Of a stretch of DNA of 64,000 bases, positions 12,363 to 23,910 are shown in pieces. A program made the position numbers and the translations under genes. Origin of the DNA: Daphnia carinata. Its lineage: Eukaryota. Each line of letters begins with the position of its first letter. Position 1 is the first letter of the stretch. Below the pieces are notes generated by a model that saw only the letters and a list, made by a program, of their open reading frames with translations, did no database searches and was not told the DNA's origin. Where the stretch lies: positions 7,874,001 to 7,938,000 of the forward strand of contig NC_081331.1 in the NCBI RefSeq assembly GCF_022539665.2. The letters are read 5' to 3'.

Positions 12363-13094
12363 GAAAAAATTTTAAGCCCGACAATATAAGCGCGGGCTTA
12401 TTTTTTAACCCAACTTTATCGTTTTTTACGTTTTATTAAAAAACTTTGAGTCCCACGAGAACACAATCCTCACAATCGTGATCTCCGTTCAATTCTGCAT
12501 CGAAACCATGTATTTAAAGCGAAATCTAACATTTTGTCAAAATTGCTAAGAGAGAAGGCTATAGCCTTCTCACTTTTGTCAAAATCGGAAAAAATCGAAA
12601 TCTCTCGGAATGCGATGAAAATCCCACGGTATAACCCTATTTTAACGCGGATTCAGAAAAAACCATTTGTTTTATTTTCAAGTAAGCCGTTTTTGAAATA
12701 ATCGTAATTTAAAGATAAAGTCGGGCTTATTTTTTTAAACCCAACTTCCCCGTTTTTTACGTTTTATTAAAACACTATGAGTTCCACGAGAAAAACAACC
12801 CTCATATTCGTGATGCCCGTTCAATTCTGCATCGAAACCACGTATTTAAAGCGAAATCTAAAATTTTGCCAAAATTGCAAAAGTGAGAAGGCCTTCTCGC
12901 TTTTCCATTTTTCCTCAAATCCTAGATTTCATTAAAAATACAGTATTCCGATGCGAAATTAATCGCTGATCATGAAAATGGGGTATGTTTTTATATCAGA
13001 CTTCTATTTTTTGAATTAACCCGTAAAAAAACAGAAAGTCGGGCTTATTAAGTCGGGCATATTTAGTCGGGCTTAAAAATTTTTTCGGTCAGTG
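12363..13094. mobile_element. MITE-like element with a CACTG-type terminus and an internal ~330-bp tandem duplication (copy 1)
   Basis: Left GAAAAAATTTTAAGCCCGAC is inverted relative to right GTCGGGCTTAAAAATTTTTTC-GGTCAGTG|TA. AGTCGGGCTTA subterminal repeats are present. The outer left terminus is missing. Confidence 0.7.
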
Positions 13095-13232
13095 TATAGA
13101 CAATTAACTAGAAATGTGACCGGTTAGATGGCGATAGAAGTCAAACAGAAAAAAAACCCAATATTTTTTATTTTTATTTGGGTAAAACGGATTGCCGTAT
13201 TGCCATATGTACTCTTGTTTTTGGTTAACGAT

Positions 13233-13910
13233 ATGGATGCAATTACATTCAATGAGCGATGCCTGGAAGATGACTACTACTACACATTAGTTTGCGATGA
13301 TTCCTCCAGTGTAAGTTTCGGTCAGATTTGTGCTGTTTGTTCTTTTTTTTTAGTTCTTTATATTCACTTCATACATAAATAGGTTGACCAAATATTAACG
13401 GAATACAAACACAGAGTATTACGTTGTCATCCTGATAAGAATCCATATGACAAGTCCACTACTCAGTTTCAAAAACTTCAGGTAAATAGATTCTGCACAT
13501 TAACCAAGTAATGTGATAGATACAGTTAATTTCTGGTCATTCCAACAGGAAGCTAAGGAGGTGCTCTGTGACCCAGAAAAGCGAAATGATTATGGCAGAT
13601 GGAAAACAAGTGGAATAACAATTTCACAAGCAATGGATTGTCATAAATAAACGATCTACTGCCGTAAGTATTATATGTGCAACATCAGGATGTCTTTCTA
13701 TGTAGGTTTAAAGTAAAATAGATTGAAATATTAAAATTAACACAGGTTCTCCACTGGGCCATACCAAAACATGAACAAAAAATGCTACGATCAAGCAGTA
13801 GCAAGTCAGAGATAATAAAACTGAAACAAAGTAAGCTTTCACCTAAAATTGGTTCACAATATTGTTCATACAATTCCATCCTAGAAAAGTTTAGGAACTA
13901 TGAAATATGA
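13233..13910 (+). pseudogene. DNAJC12: DnaJ subfamily C member 12 (J-domain protein), full exon set with a frameshift (copy 1)
   Basis: Exons 13233-13310, 13383-13481, 13549-13663 and 13746-13910 give MDAI...EDDYY..L.CD..SSVDQILTEYK...CHPDKNP...FQKLQEAKEVL...LHWA...LEKFRNYEI*. A 2-bp deletion near 13626, relative to the other copies, shifts the frame. Confidence 0.9.
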
Positions 13911-14410
13911 AAAAGAAAATCTTTGAACATCTGAATTTATTTTACTAGTGTATTCAATATTGACTGTTGCAGTTGTGTAATATTAACTCGATGAAAAGCT
14001 GAATAAAATATGTGCATATAAAGCAAGCATCTTTCGAACCGTTCGGTCATTAAGTTGAATGCTACTTAAATGGGTTCCAATCGACATTACTTGTGTATTC
14101 TCGATCAGGCACTGGCATTTAAGATGATGCACTTCTAGTTCTTCAAATGCTAATGCCCAACTAATCTCACCAAAGAAATACAATTGAAGTAGGTCAGTTT
14201 ACTTTGTTCAACAACTTAGCCAGCTCCAGCGCCAAAGAAGTAAAATTAGGCGCAATTGTAAAGAGCTCGCATTGCCGACAGGCAAATTAATCACCTACTG
14301 AATACTACTGGAACGGATCTTTATTTCTAGGGTTCTTATAATTGCCAATGTTTTAGGTCACATGAGAAACTAGCACAATGCGCAAGAGAAGCTAAAACAC
14401 GTTTCTTGAA

Positions 14411-14717
14411 TTAGGCTTCCAATTCCAGCGCCATACCAATTTTGTGACCTCCTTGGTTGAAGTTTTTCAGATCAACCATTGACGATAGGGTAATGGTAAC
14501 ACCTGAATACGAAAAAGAATAAGCCTCAATATGATTTAACTTTCAGTTACAACGTACCCTGGCGGAGTTTTTGCTGATAGCCAAGGCCAAGCTGGGAAGC
14601 GTTATTGATCTTGGCGCGGACTGCACTGTCGTTATCTAACTGGTACTTGCAACCAATACCGAATCGGGTGGCATTTGAACCGGCAGTCCAGGCAAGTTGG
14701 ACACCTGTTTCTAGATT
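14411..14717 (-). pseudogene. VDAC: Voltage-dependent anion channel (porin), last two exons only (copy 1)
   Basis: [28 protein letters not shown]...[21 protein letters not shown] / VTITLSSMVDLKNFNQGGHKIGMALELEA*, with an intron at 14503-14557. The 5' end is fused to Tyr/Thr repeat DNA. Confidence 0.92.
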
Positions 14718-15910
14718 AGCCCGAGTACTACCCTGCACCGAGCTATTACACAGAGGCGCCAGTGTATTATTAGACAACAACGTACGCCACTCAAAGCTAC
14801 TACACCGAAGCTCCCGCCTACTATACCACAAAGGCCCCTGAGTATTACACCACAACCTACGCTTCTCCGTCTTACTACACTGAGGCCTCAAAATATTACT
14901 CAGCTCCGAGCTACACAACAACTGTGTCGTACTACACCACGACAGAGGCGCCCAAGTACTACGTGGCTCCAACATACTACCCCGTAGCTGCCCCGTCTTA
15001 CTATGCTGAGCCTGCATACTACGCTGAAGCCCCGAAGTCTTACGCTGCTCTAAGTTACTACCCAACGACTGCTCCTTCGTACTACGTGGAACCTAGCTAC
15101 TACACCACAACTTATGCTGCGCCGTCTTACCACACAGAGGCTCCTCAATACTACACCACGAAGGCTGCTGAATACTATACCACGACTTACGCCGCTCCAG
15201 CCTATTACAGTGAGGCTCCTCAGTACTACACTACAAAGGCTCCCGAGTACACAACATATGCTGCGCCAAGCTACTATACCGAGCCTCCCAAGTACTACAC
15301 CACAACATACGCCGCTCCAGCTTACTACACCGAAGCTACCAAGTATTACTCAGCCCCAAGCTACTACCCGACTGAGGCGCCACAATACACCACCACGTAT
15401 GCTGCTCCAGTTTATTACACCGAAGCTCCTGAATACTACACCACAAAGGCTCCTGAATACTACACGACTAAAGCCCCGGAGTATTACACACAGAAGGCTG
15501 AATACTACACCACAACGTACACTGCCCCGGCTTACTACACTGCAGCTCCCAAGTATTACCAGACTGAGGCTCCGCAATACTACACTACAAAGGCTCCTGA
15601 ATACTACACACACACAACGTATGCTGCTCCGAGCTACTATTCCGAAACCCCCAAGTACTACGCCACTACCTACGCTGCCCCGGCTTATTACACCGAGGCT
15701 CCGCAATACTACACCACCAAGGCTGTTGAATACTACATGACGAAAGCCTCGGAGTACTACATCAAGAAAGCAGAATACTACACCACAACTTACGCAGCTC
15801 CATCTTACTTCACTGAGGCTCCCCAATACTATACTACAACGGCCCCCGAGTACTACACCACACCGTATGCTGCACCAAGCTATTACACTGAGCGTCCCAG
15901 GTATTATTAA
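14718..15910 (+). pseudogene. Tyr/Thr/Ala/Pro repeat protein ([17 protein letters not shown] family), 5'-truncated; 328-codon open segment 14924-15910
   Basis: Highly repetitive peptide. No signal peptide or promoter, because the VDAC fragment replaces the 5' end. The frame is disrupted upstream of 14924. Confidence 0.8.
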
Positions 15911-16414
15911 TCGTAAAAATACGTTGTCCGTCAAGCTCAATAGTTAAAAATAATTAGATCTTGTTTTATTATTGGCTGCCCTCGTTCCAAAATGAGTATT
16001 TCCCTGCATTGTGTTTATGCAATAACTAGTCGCCCCATACGCATTTGGTTTATACCTGAAATATTGAATACAGCTATTATGTCGTTACTCAATCTACGTG
16101 TTTTTAGTTTTTATTACATAAAGCGGATGAAGGCGATTTTAATTAGTGTTCGTACAACATCGTAATTTCTGAACAGACTTGTGCATTATGACCTTTGTGG
16201 GAAATATATCATGGTTCTTCGTAAAATTGCAATGAATTTATTTATACAGTCGCTTAGCACAAAGTCGCATTTATTCATTGCGTTAGTCCACAAGCATTGT
16301 TGAGTTGTGGACTAACTTCCACAAGTTGTTGTGTTTAAAATGTATTTATCTTTCGCTATTTAATTGAATAGCAAAATGAAATGTAAATATTTTTTCCAGT
16401 TTGCATTTACACAG

Positions 16415-16871
16415 TGTTGCAATTATTGCCCTCTTTTGTCTGTCATGTGTTCCAAGTGCTGCCATCTGTCCCCAACTTTGTTACTTCACTTCCTTTTCCA
16501 TAGAGGTCAGGTCGAACGGGAGTCGACCTCAGGCCTCTCTTTCACTTACTCTGGGACTCGGGATTTGGCCCGAGATCCGACAGGACGTTAAGAGGGGGCT
16601 CTGCCGTTGGCTGGCCGCCCTCGCGTTAGTCCTTAAGAAGGAGCTTTGCTGGATTGCTGGCTTCCCTTCGCGACGTGAGTGTAAATTAGTATATGTGTTG
16701 TAAGTATTGTGTGTATAATTGTGTTGAATGCCTTGTTGTATGTGTGTGTATGAATTGTGTTGAATGGCTTTGTTGAATGTCTGTGTTATAGTGTCGTGTA
16801 CGTGTCTTGAATAATGTGTTTTGTATGTATAAATGTGTCAGTTTGTTGGTATAAATGAAGAAACTGTAACA
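16415..16871 (+). repeat. 5' LTR (type A, 457 bp)
   Basis: TGTTGCA...TGTAACA. Appears identical to 23454-23910 and 36606-37062. Confidence 0.97.
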
Positions 16872-16873
16872 TT

Positions 16874-16891
16874 TGGTGTCAGAAGAGGGAT
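16874..16891 (+). other. Primer-binding site, tRNA-Leu-like
   Basis: TGGTGTCAGAAGAGGGAT, 2 nt after the LTR. Resembles the complement of a tRNA-Leu 3' end. Confidence 0.75.
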
Positions 16892-17782
16892 CTCAACAGG
16901 CCATCGAACGACTTTTACAAAGTCGCCTACATCGGACCCGCATACCGCCCACGTGAGAAGGAAATTTTCACGTACCTGGTCGCCGCCATCGTGGATTGTC
17001 TTTACCGGCGCCGAAGGGGAGTGGATCCCATCCCGCCGCGACGTCTTTGTTGAAGAGTGGAGGAACGGTACAGGTAAGTATTTCTACCCCTGTTACCTAT
17101 AGCCAAGGGCTATTAAAATAAACAATTCCAGTGCATGTTTTTTTTTTACTGTGTGTAGTTGGAAGTGTATTTTTCTTTTCTTTTCGGCATACCTCTTGCC
17201 GCTTTGTGTGGTGCGTTCCGTCTTCTTTTTTTTCTCTCTTTTTGGGACGGCCCACACGTTTTGGTCGAGAGACATTTTTGTTTTTGTTTTTCTCTCTTTG
17301 TCCCTTTTTTTTTTGAGCGACCATATCGGCAGTACGCATCACGTTTTGAGAAGTTCTTCTTGGTTGCCCTCCTTTTTTTTTAAGGGCAAGAAAAGAACTT
17401 CGGTGCGAAGCCGTGACGTAGGGCCTTTCTCTTTTTTTTTTTGCTTACGGCCTGTTGCTCGCTTTTGACGGCATCGTTTTTTTTGTGTGTTCCTCTCATG
17501 TACAGAGGATATTTTTTTGAAATTTTCTTTTTTGTTTTGTTTTGTTGAGCCTTGCTCGCAATTTTTTTTTTTTTTTTTTGAGCTCAACATCTTTTTTTTG
17601 TTGCTGGTCTGACCATCTTTTGGTCTTGAAGTGAGACCCGTTGAATAAGTGCTCTTTGTTGGCACTTGTTTTGTTTTTGTTTTTTTCTCTTGGACTTTGG
17701 AGTCGTTTTTTTTTTACTTTGATTTTTGTGGCATTTAGTCCCTTCTCTTTTTCGTTTTTTTTCTCGCTTACGGTGTTTCTGC

Positions 17783-18988
17783 ATGTCGGATTTGGATACC
17801 GACATTACAGACCCCTTTTACGGTTTCGAACCCGAATACTATCTTCGGACCCCGAGAGAATCTGCTCGTAATCCGTCCGCAAGGGCTCGTATCGTCCGCC
17901 CAGTACCGCGTCCGCCTACAACGAAAACGAGGTGTCAGAAATCCGAATTTGTTATTACGGGAGCAGAGCCAACACCGATAAACATGGCAGACAATGCAGA
18001 GCTGATTGTGGCTCTTAATCGGTTCGCGGAAGTCGCAGCGGCTGATGGTGCGGCGAGGCAAGATCAAGTTGCCCAGCTCGTCGGCATCATCCACGCACAA
18101 CAACAGCAAAACAACGAGGCTATCCAAGCCCTTGCTGCCGCGATACCAGCTGCACGAAATGCTCACCCGTCAACAATTGCTGTAGGTTCGATACCGCGCT
18201 TTTCGGGTGCTGTAGGTGAGGAAGTGCAGGGCTTCATCGACCATGTCGAGAGGGTAGCCGGTCTTGAAGGCTGGACCGAGGAGAACCGTCTCCTGGTGGC
18301 TGTAACCCGTCTTGAAGGGACCGCCTCCCAATGGCACGTACAGACGGGCCATCTTTATGATACCTGGGCGCTTTGGTCGGCCGCGTTGGTTGTCAATTTC
18401 GCGCGTACACTATCGTTTTTAGAGTGGAGCTCGCTTGTGGAAGCGCGAACGCAAAAGTCGGGGGAGTCGTGTCTTGAGTACGCGTTGGACAAGCGTCGGC
18501 TTTGCCTTCGTTGTCCCGTTGCACTACCTGAGGCGGATGTCATCAAATTGTTGTTACGAGGTCTCGCAAACCCCATCTACGTCGCAGCTCTAACGTCACC
18601 GGTACCAGTAGATTTCACGGCTTTCCTAGCACGACTTCGCGACCTTGAGCAACTTGGTTTAACTCCCGCAATACCAAGTGTACCCACCCCAATGTTAACA
18701 ACGGAACCTGTTCTAACAGCGCCTCCGACGAATGTTGCTCCATCGACGCCAGATTTGACCGCCCTCTTTCAAAACTTGGGAGACAGGTTGGTGAGCCAAA
18801 TTTCTACATCGTTATCACGGCTTACGGTTAATTCGAACCCTAACGTTCCGCGAGGGGGAGGTGGAGGATTTGTCCCAAGAGGCCCACCACCGAGGTTGTG
18901 TTATGCCTGCAATCGGCATGGTCATATCGCCAGAGATTGTCCGACAAAAAACGACGGGGTAGTGCGTCGAGGGCAATGGCGCCCTTGA
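17783..18988 (+). CDS. gag: Gag (capsid plus CCHC zinc knuckle); start at ATG 17783 or 17983
   Basis: IPRFSG...FIDHVE...W retrotransposon Gag pattern and CYACNRHGHIARDC knuckle. The ORF is uninterrupted. Confidence 0.9.
   Translation: MSDLDTDITDPFYGFEPEYYLRTPRESARNPSARARIVRPVPRPPTTKTRCQKSEFVITGAEPTPINMADNAELIVALNRFAEVAAADGAARQDQVAQLVGIIHAQQQQNNEAIQALAAAIPAARNAHPSTIAVGSIPRFSGAVGEEVQGFIDHVERVAGLEGWTEENRLLVAVTRLEGTASQWHVQTGHLYDTWALWSAALVVNFARTLSFLEWSSLVEARTQKSGESCLEYALDKRRLCLRCPVALPEADVIKLLLRGLANPIYVAALTSPVPVDFTAFLARLRDLEQLGLTPAIPSVPTPMLTTEPVLTAPPTNVAPSTPDLTALFQNLGDRLVSQISTSLSRLTVNSNPNVPRGGGGGFVPRGPPPRLCYACNRHGHIARDCPTKNDGVVRRGQWRP
18946..18952 (+). other. -1 ribosomal frameshift slippery site A_AAA_AAC
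   Basis: The heptamer is in the gag frame and pol overlaps in the -1 frame. GC-rich stems follow (GACG...CGTC, AGGGC...GCCCT). Confidence 0.75.
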
Positions 18989-21900
18989 AGGGATTTTTTG
19001 TGACTGAAAGTCGCCCAGCCTTGCCTCTTATCAAGGTGTGGATAAAAAGTGTAGGAGAAGTAGTAGCACTTGTCGACTCGGGTGCTAGCGTCAGTGCCGT
19101 GCGGCTAAGCGTCGTCCGTAAGTTTTTAGATCCGCTGCGTAAAGTCACAAAAACTAAGTTAAGGGGAGTCGACAACAAGGTTGTGCGAGTAGAGGTGTCC
19201 TTACCCTTATCCATCAAATGGAAGGACAGCTGTGTAACCCTACCGTCCGTAACCGTTCTAAGGACCGCTCCCTTCGCACTAATCTTGGGTGTCGACTGGA
19301 TTGTAAATAGTAAAACTAACATTGTAGTAAGGGGAAAGAGAATTGAATTAGTCAGGGAAGGGTTAGTTGTGAAGGAAAATAAGGGGGTAGTGGCACAGGA
19401 AAATAGGGATTTAGATTTAGTAAGGGAGAAAAGTAACGTAGAAGAAAAGGATGTAAAAAGGGAGGATATAGCATTAATTGAGGGAGATTTAAGTCAGGGG
19501 TGCAGGGAAGTCGAAGAGGGCGAAGGAAGTAAGAGAGAGGAAGTTTTGACGAAGGAGAAAAAGAAGGTGCGATGGTCGGAAGAAGTGTATATAATTAACG
19601 AGGAGATGGGGAGGGAGGAAAATTTTTTGGAGGAAGAACGAAGGAATGAGGAATATCTTGACGTTAGCGATGGGCTCATAGAGTCTTTCGCGGAAGAATC
19701 GCCATCAAAACGACGGGGCTGGATGCCTGTAAAAGCGGATGGACTCCAGCTAGTTCCACCCAACTCGCTCGTTTTCGTAAGGGGGAGGTTGTCGTCGGAC
19801 ATATCGGGGACAGCATATGTCAAATTTAACTGCTGTGCGAAGCCGGGGAAGGAATGGGTGATACCCGCGAGCGTTGTCTCTGTCCATAATGGGCTAACGG
19901 AAATTCCCCTTGTTAATTTTTCCCCCGTGGAATTACGCCTGAAAAGACGGCATTTCTTTTGTGCCGTTGAGATGGATGAAGACGCTGTACTGTGCACAAT
20001 TACAGACAGGTTCTCGGAGGTGTGTCCCACCGTGCACCCGGAAGAGCAAGAGGTCGAACTCAATTCGCAAGTGAAAGTCGGGGAAGGATTAGATCCTTCC
20101 CAACGGAAAGCGTTACTGATAATGCTCGAGCGTAAGCGAGCCTGCTTCCCGCCGTCTAAAAGGCATATTGGTCACACCACAGAGGTTGTCCACCACATTG
20201 ACACGGGAGATGAGCGTCCCATTAAATCGGCGCCATATAGAGTGTCGGCGTTTAAGCGTCAGGTTATTGCCGACAAAGTAGAAGAAATGTTAGAAGACGG
20301 GGTGGTGGAGGGATCTTTTAGCCCTTGGAGTTCCCCCGTTGTCCTAGTCCGCAAGGCAAAGTCGGGGGATTATCGGTTCTGTATCGATTTTCGGCGCCTT
20401 AACGCAGTGACTAAGCGCGACGTCTATCCAATGCCTCGGATTGACGATGTCTTGGACAGACTCGCCGGCGCTCAATTTTTCTCATGTTTGGACCTCGCGA
20501 GTGGGTATTGGCAGGTGCCCGTAGCCTTAGAGGACCGGGAGAAGACCGCGTTTGTCACTCCCGATGGTCTCTACCAGTTCACGCGCTTGCCATTTGGGTT
20601 GTGCAACGCTCCTGCGACATTCCAGCGCTTGATGGATCGTGTTTTGGCCGGGTTGAAGTGGCACATGTGTCTAGTTTATCTAGACGACATATTAGTGTTT
20701 GGGCGAACGTTCGAGGAGCACTTGGCACGCCTAGAGCTGGTATTAACCGCCCTAGAGAGAGCAAATTTGACCCTCAACATCGGAAAATGCGTTTTCGGAG
20801 CCGCCAAGGTGTCCCATTTAGGACATATTATCGATGCGGAAGGAATCCGCCCGGAAGGATAGAAGGTGCGCGCCTTAACGTGTATGCTTGTGATGAATTT
20901 GAAGTCGCTACGAGGATTTCTGGGACTCGCGTCGTACTATCGGCGTTTTGTCTCAGATTTTGCGGCATTGGCTCACCCTTTGCACGCACTCCTCAAAAAG
21001 AATTCTGAGTGGAGGTGGACGGAGCGTCATGAAGGCGCAAAGAACAGTATCATTGAGCATCTCACGACTGCTCCTGTTCTGGCCCATTTCGATGATGCTC
21101 TGGAAGTCACCATTCAGAGACGCAAGCCAGACTGGACTTGGAGCAGTATTGACACAAGATGCTGGTGAAGGACACCGACCTGTGACTTTCATCAGCAGGG
21201 GGCTGTCGGATACTGAAACGCGCTATCACGCCAATGAGTTGGAGTGCTTGGCGGTGATGTGGGCGCTGAAAAAGTTGCGCACCTATGGCTATGGTAGACA
21301 CTTTTTTGTCAAGACGGATAGCTCCGCCGTAAAGTGGATGATGGGGAAGAAAGATTTGAAGGGGAAGTTTGTGAGATGGGTTCTCGAACTGCAGGAGTTC
21401 AATTTCACGATTGAACACCTGAAAGGGACCGACAATATCGTCGCAGACACACTGTCTAGAAATCCGGTTGAAGTCCTGACAACAGCCCAGGATTCCGAGA
21501 CAATCTGTGCGACCGTTAGAGAGCCCGAAATGGGTTTTGCCTCACGAGAGCTCGCCCTCTTGCAGCAGCAAGACGGCCAGCTGAGAAAAATTTTTGTAGC
21601 CTTAGACACCCCTACTCCCTGTAAAATTTCGCAAGAATTCGTTATTCGCGGTTAAGTTTTATTTAAGGAAAATAGACGCTCTGGCAAGAAATTCCTCCTT
21701 GTTGTTCCCTCCATTCTCCATAGAAAGATTTTAGAAGCGTGTCATGATCTCCCCTCATCTGGGCACCAGGGTATTGAAAGAACCTTAGCAAAAATTAAGA
21801 GTAGGTTTTGGTGGCCACGGCTGGCAAGTAGTGTTAAAATATTCGTTATGTCTTGTTCTTTCTGTCAGACACATAAACATGCGATCGGTCAGGTGGTTGG

Positions 21901-22970
21901 CAAACTACAACCCATCGAACCACCCTCTGCGCCATTCGAGCTGATTGGAATCGACCACTTAGGTCCGTTTAAGCCTACTGCTTCAGGACATCGTCACATT
22001 ATAGTCGCGATCGACTATTTATCCAAGTGGGTCGAAGTCGCCGCCGTTCCCGATACGTCGACGCAATTTGTCACTTCGTTCCTTGAAACTAACGTCGTTT
22101 TTCGACATGGAACACCGCGTCGCATCATCAGTGACCAAGGGACGGCCTTCACGTCGCAGATGTTTGCTGAATGGGTTGCCCGGTGGAACGTGAAGCACAT
22201 CCTTGCGACAGCGGAACACCCGGAAACAAATGGGTTGGTTGAGCGAGTAAATCGCACCCTGACGCTAGCTTTTTGCGCCTTTGTCAACGAGGACCATACC
22301 GACTGGGATTCACACCTATCTGCGGCAACTTATGCCATCAACACCGCACGCCAAGCCACGACCGAAACCACTCCGTTCGAGTTGGTCAATGGTCGCGCCC
22401 CTGTATTAGCCATTGAAAACCTTTTTCCGTGGCCAGTGGAGCAACAAGAGTCACACGATGTTTTTAGCTCGCGTGTCTCAGATTTGAGAACGTCGGTAAG
22501 GCTGCGCATTTTAAAGAAGCAGCGCAAGGTGAAAGAACGAGTGGACCGTACTCGAAGGCCAGAACCTGAACTTCGCCGCGGCGACCTCGTCCTCGTACGT
22601 CGGAAACCCAGGAAGAAGAATGAATGCAACGAAGAAATTCCTCCCCAAGTTCGTTGGTCCCTTCCAAGTTGTCCGCAAAGTGTCAGAGACAACCTATCTC
22701 GTCGAAGACCTGCCAGCAAACAGGAAGAGGCTAACTTACAGAAGCTTCAACGCGCATTGCTGCCAATTGCGCCGCTTTCACGGTAGGACTGATGCTGAGT
22801 GGGATGAGTCAGTCAGCGTAGAAGCCGATGAATCGTCATCATCGTCTTCCTCGAGCAACCCTTCCACGTCCGAATCGGAAGAGGAGCCCCAGCCAGCTAC
22901 GCCCATAACCACAACAAGAGTAGGGAGAAGGACAAAACGCCCTGGATGGTTGAAAGACTACGACCCTTGA
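18946..22970 (+). pseudogene. pol: Pol polyprotein (protease, RT, RNase H, integrase) with 2 stops and 2 frameshifts
   Basis: LVDSGAS protease, YLDD RT, DAS...GAVL RNase H, H-H-C-C and D,D,E integrase, GPF tail. Lesions: TAG 20860-20862, frameshift ~21117, TAA 21653-21655, frameshift ~22620. Confidence 0.93.
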
Positions 22971-23453
22971 CCGTAACACACCTTCTTTCGCTGTCGTACT
23001 ATCATTCATTATTTTTTTTTTGTTTTGTTTTTGTTTTTTTTTTTTTTATTTTTTTTTTTTTTCCTCTGAGCCACGTGTAGTCGGTCATAACTTTGTTTTT
23101 GTTTTCTTTTGTTTTGTTTTGTAGTAGAGCCGTGTAGCCGAGGGTGGGGTAGTATTTGATAAAAAGGGGGAAGGGAGGTTAATTACTAGGTCACATCAAT
23201 GGTTAAAAATAAGCATTAGCATTAGTATTAACATTAGTATTTAACCGCAAGATTGTCCACATTCCCAGTTTTCGTGTGGCTTCCCCATGTCTGTTGATGC
23301 GAATTTTTTTTTTTTTTTTTTTTTTTTTTTGTTAGTTTGTTTCTTTTCTGTGTATGTGTTTTTCGAAGTTCCTCGACGTCTTTTTTGTTTTGTTTGGTAT
23401 TATTTCGCTCTGACTGCCCTGGCACGAGTAACTTCGAGTCAGGAAAGGCCGAG

Positions 23454-23910
23454 TGTTGCAATTATTGCCCTCTTTTGTCTGTCATGTGTTCCAAGTGCTG
23501 CCATCTGTCCCCAACTTTGTTACTTCACTTCCTTTTCCATAGAGGTCAGGTCGAACGGGAGTCGACCTCAGGCCTCTCTTTCACTTACTCTGGGACTCGG
23601 GATTTGGCCCGAGATCCGACAGGACGTTAAGAGGGGGCTCTGCCGTTGGCTGGCCGCCCTCGCGTTAGTCCTTAAGAAGGAGCTTTGCTGGATTGCTGGC
23701 TTCCCTTCGCGACGTGAGTGTAAATTAGTATATGTGTTGTAAGTATTGTGTGTATAATTGTGTTGAATGCCTTGTTGTATGTGTGTGTATGAATTGTGTT
23801 GAATGGCTTTGTTGAATGTCTGTGTTATAGTGTCGTGTACGTGTCTTGAATAATGTGTTTTGTATGTATAAATGTGTCAGTTTGTTGGTATAAATGAAGA
23901 AACTGTAACA
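23454..23910 (+). repeat. 3' LTR (type A), also acting as 5' LTR of a following short element
   Basis: Preceded by the PPT-like GAGTCAGGAAAGGCCGAG. Followed by a second PBS rather than a TSD. Confidence 0.97.

Larger units (their letters stand above)
7278..16940. repeat. Segmental duplication, copy 1 (partner 27485-~37131, offset ~20.2 kb)
   Basis: The same ORFs recur at a near-constant offset (7531/27739, 11155/31355, 14924/35118, 16364/36555) with only scattered SNPs and indels. Confidence 0.95.
16415..23910 (+). mobile_element. Ty3/Gypsy LTR retrotransposon, full length, pol disabled
   Basis: Two 457-bp TG...CA LTRs, PBS, PPT and gag-PR-RT-RNaseH-IN domain order. Confidence 0.97.

Noticed and set aside
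14547..15065. 172-aa minus-strand ORF that looks like a novel VDAC fusion protein (also 34741-35259)
   Set aside because: The N-terminal part is only the antisense of the Tyr/Thr repeats reading through a rearrangement junction. There is no promoter or start-codon support.
15114..15940. Long overlapping ORFs (LLNTTPQR repeats; minus-strand VVLRSL repeats)
   Set aside because: Shadow frames of the low-complexity repeat gene.
16415..16871. Retrozyme or Cassandra-like (hammerhead or 5S) LTR
   Set aside because: No CTGANGA...GAAA hammerhead core and no recognisable 5S rRNA similarity by eye.
20860..20862. TAG in pol as programmed readthrough
   Set aside because: It lies inside RT and comes with three other lesions, so mutation is the simpler explanation.
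22971..23453. Possible env ORF
   Set aside because: The region is short and poly-T-rich. Its ORFs are Phe-rich artefacts.
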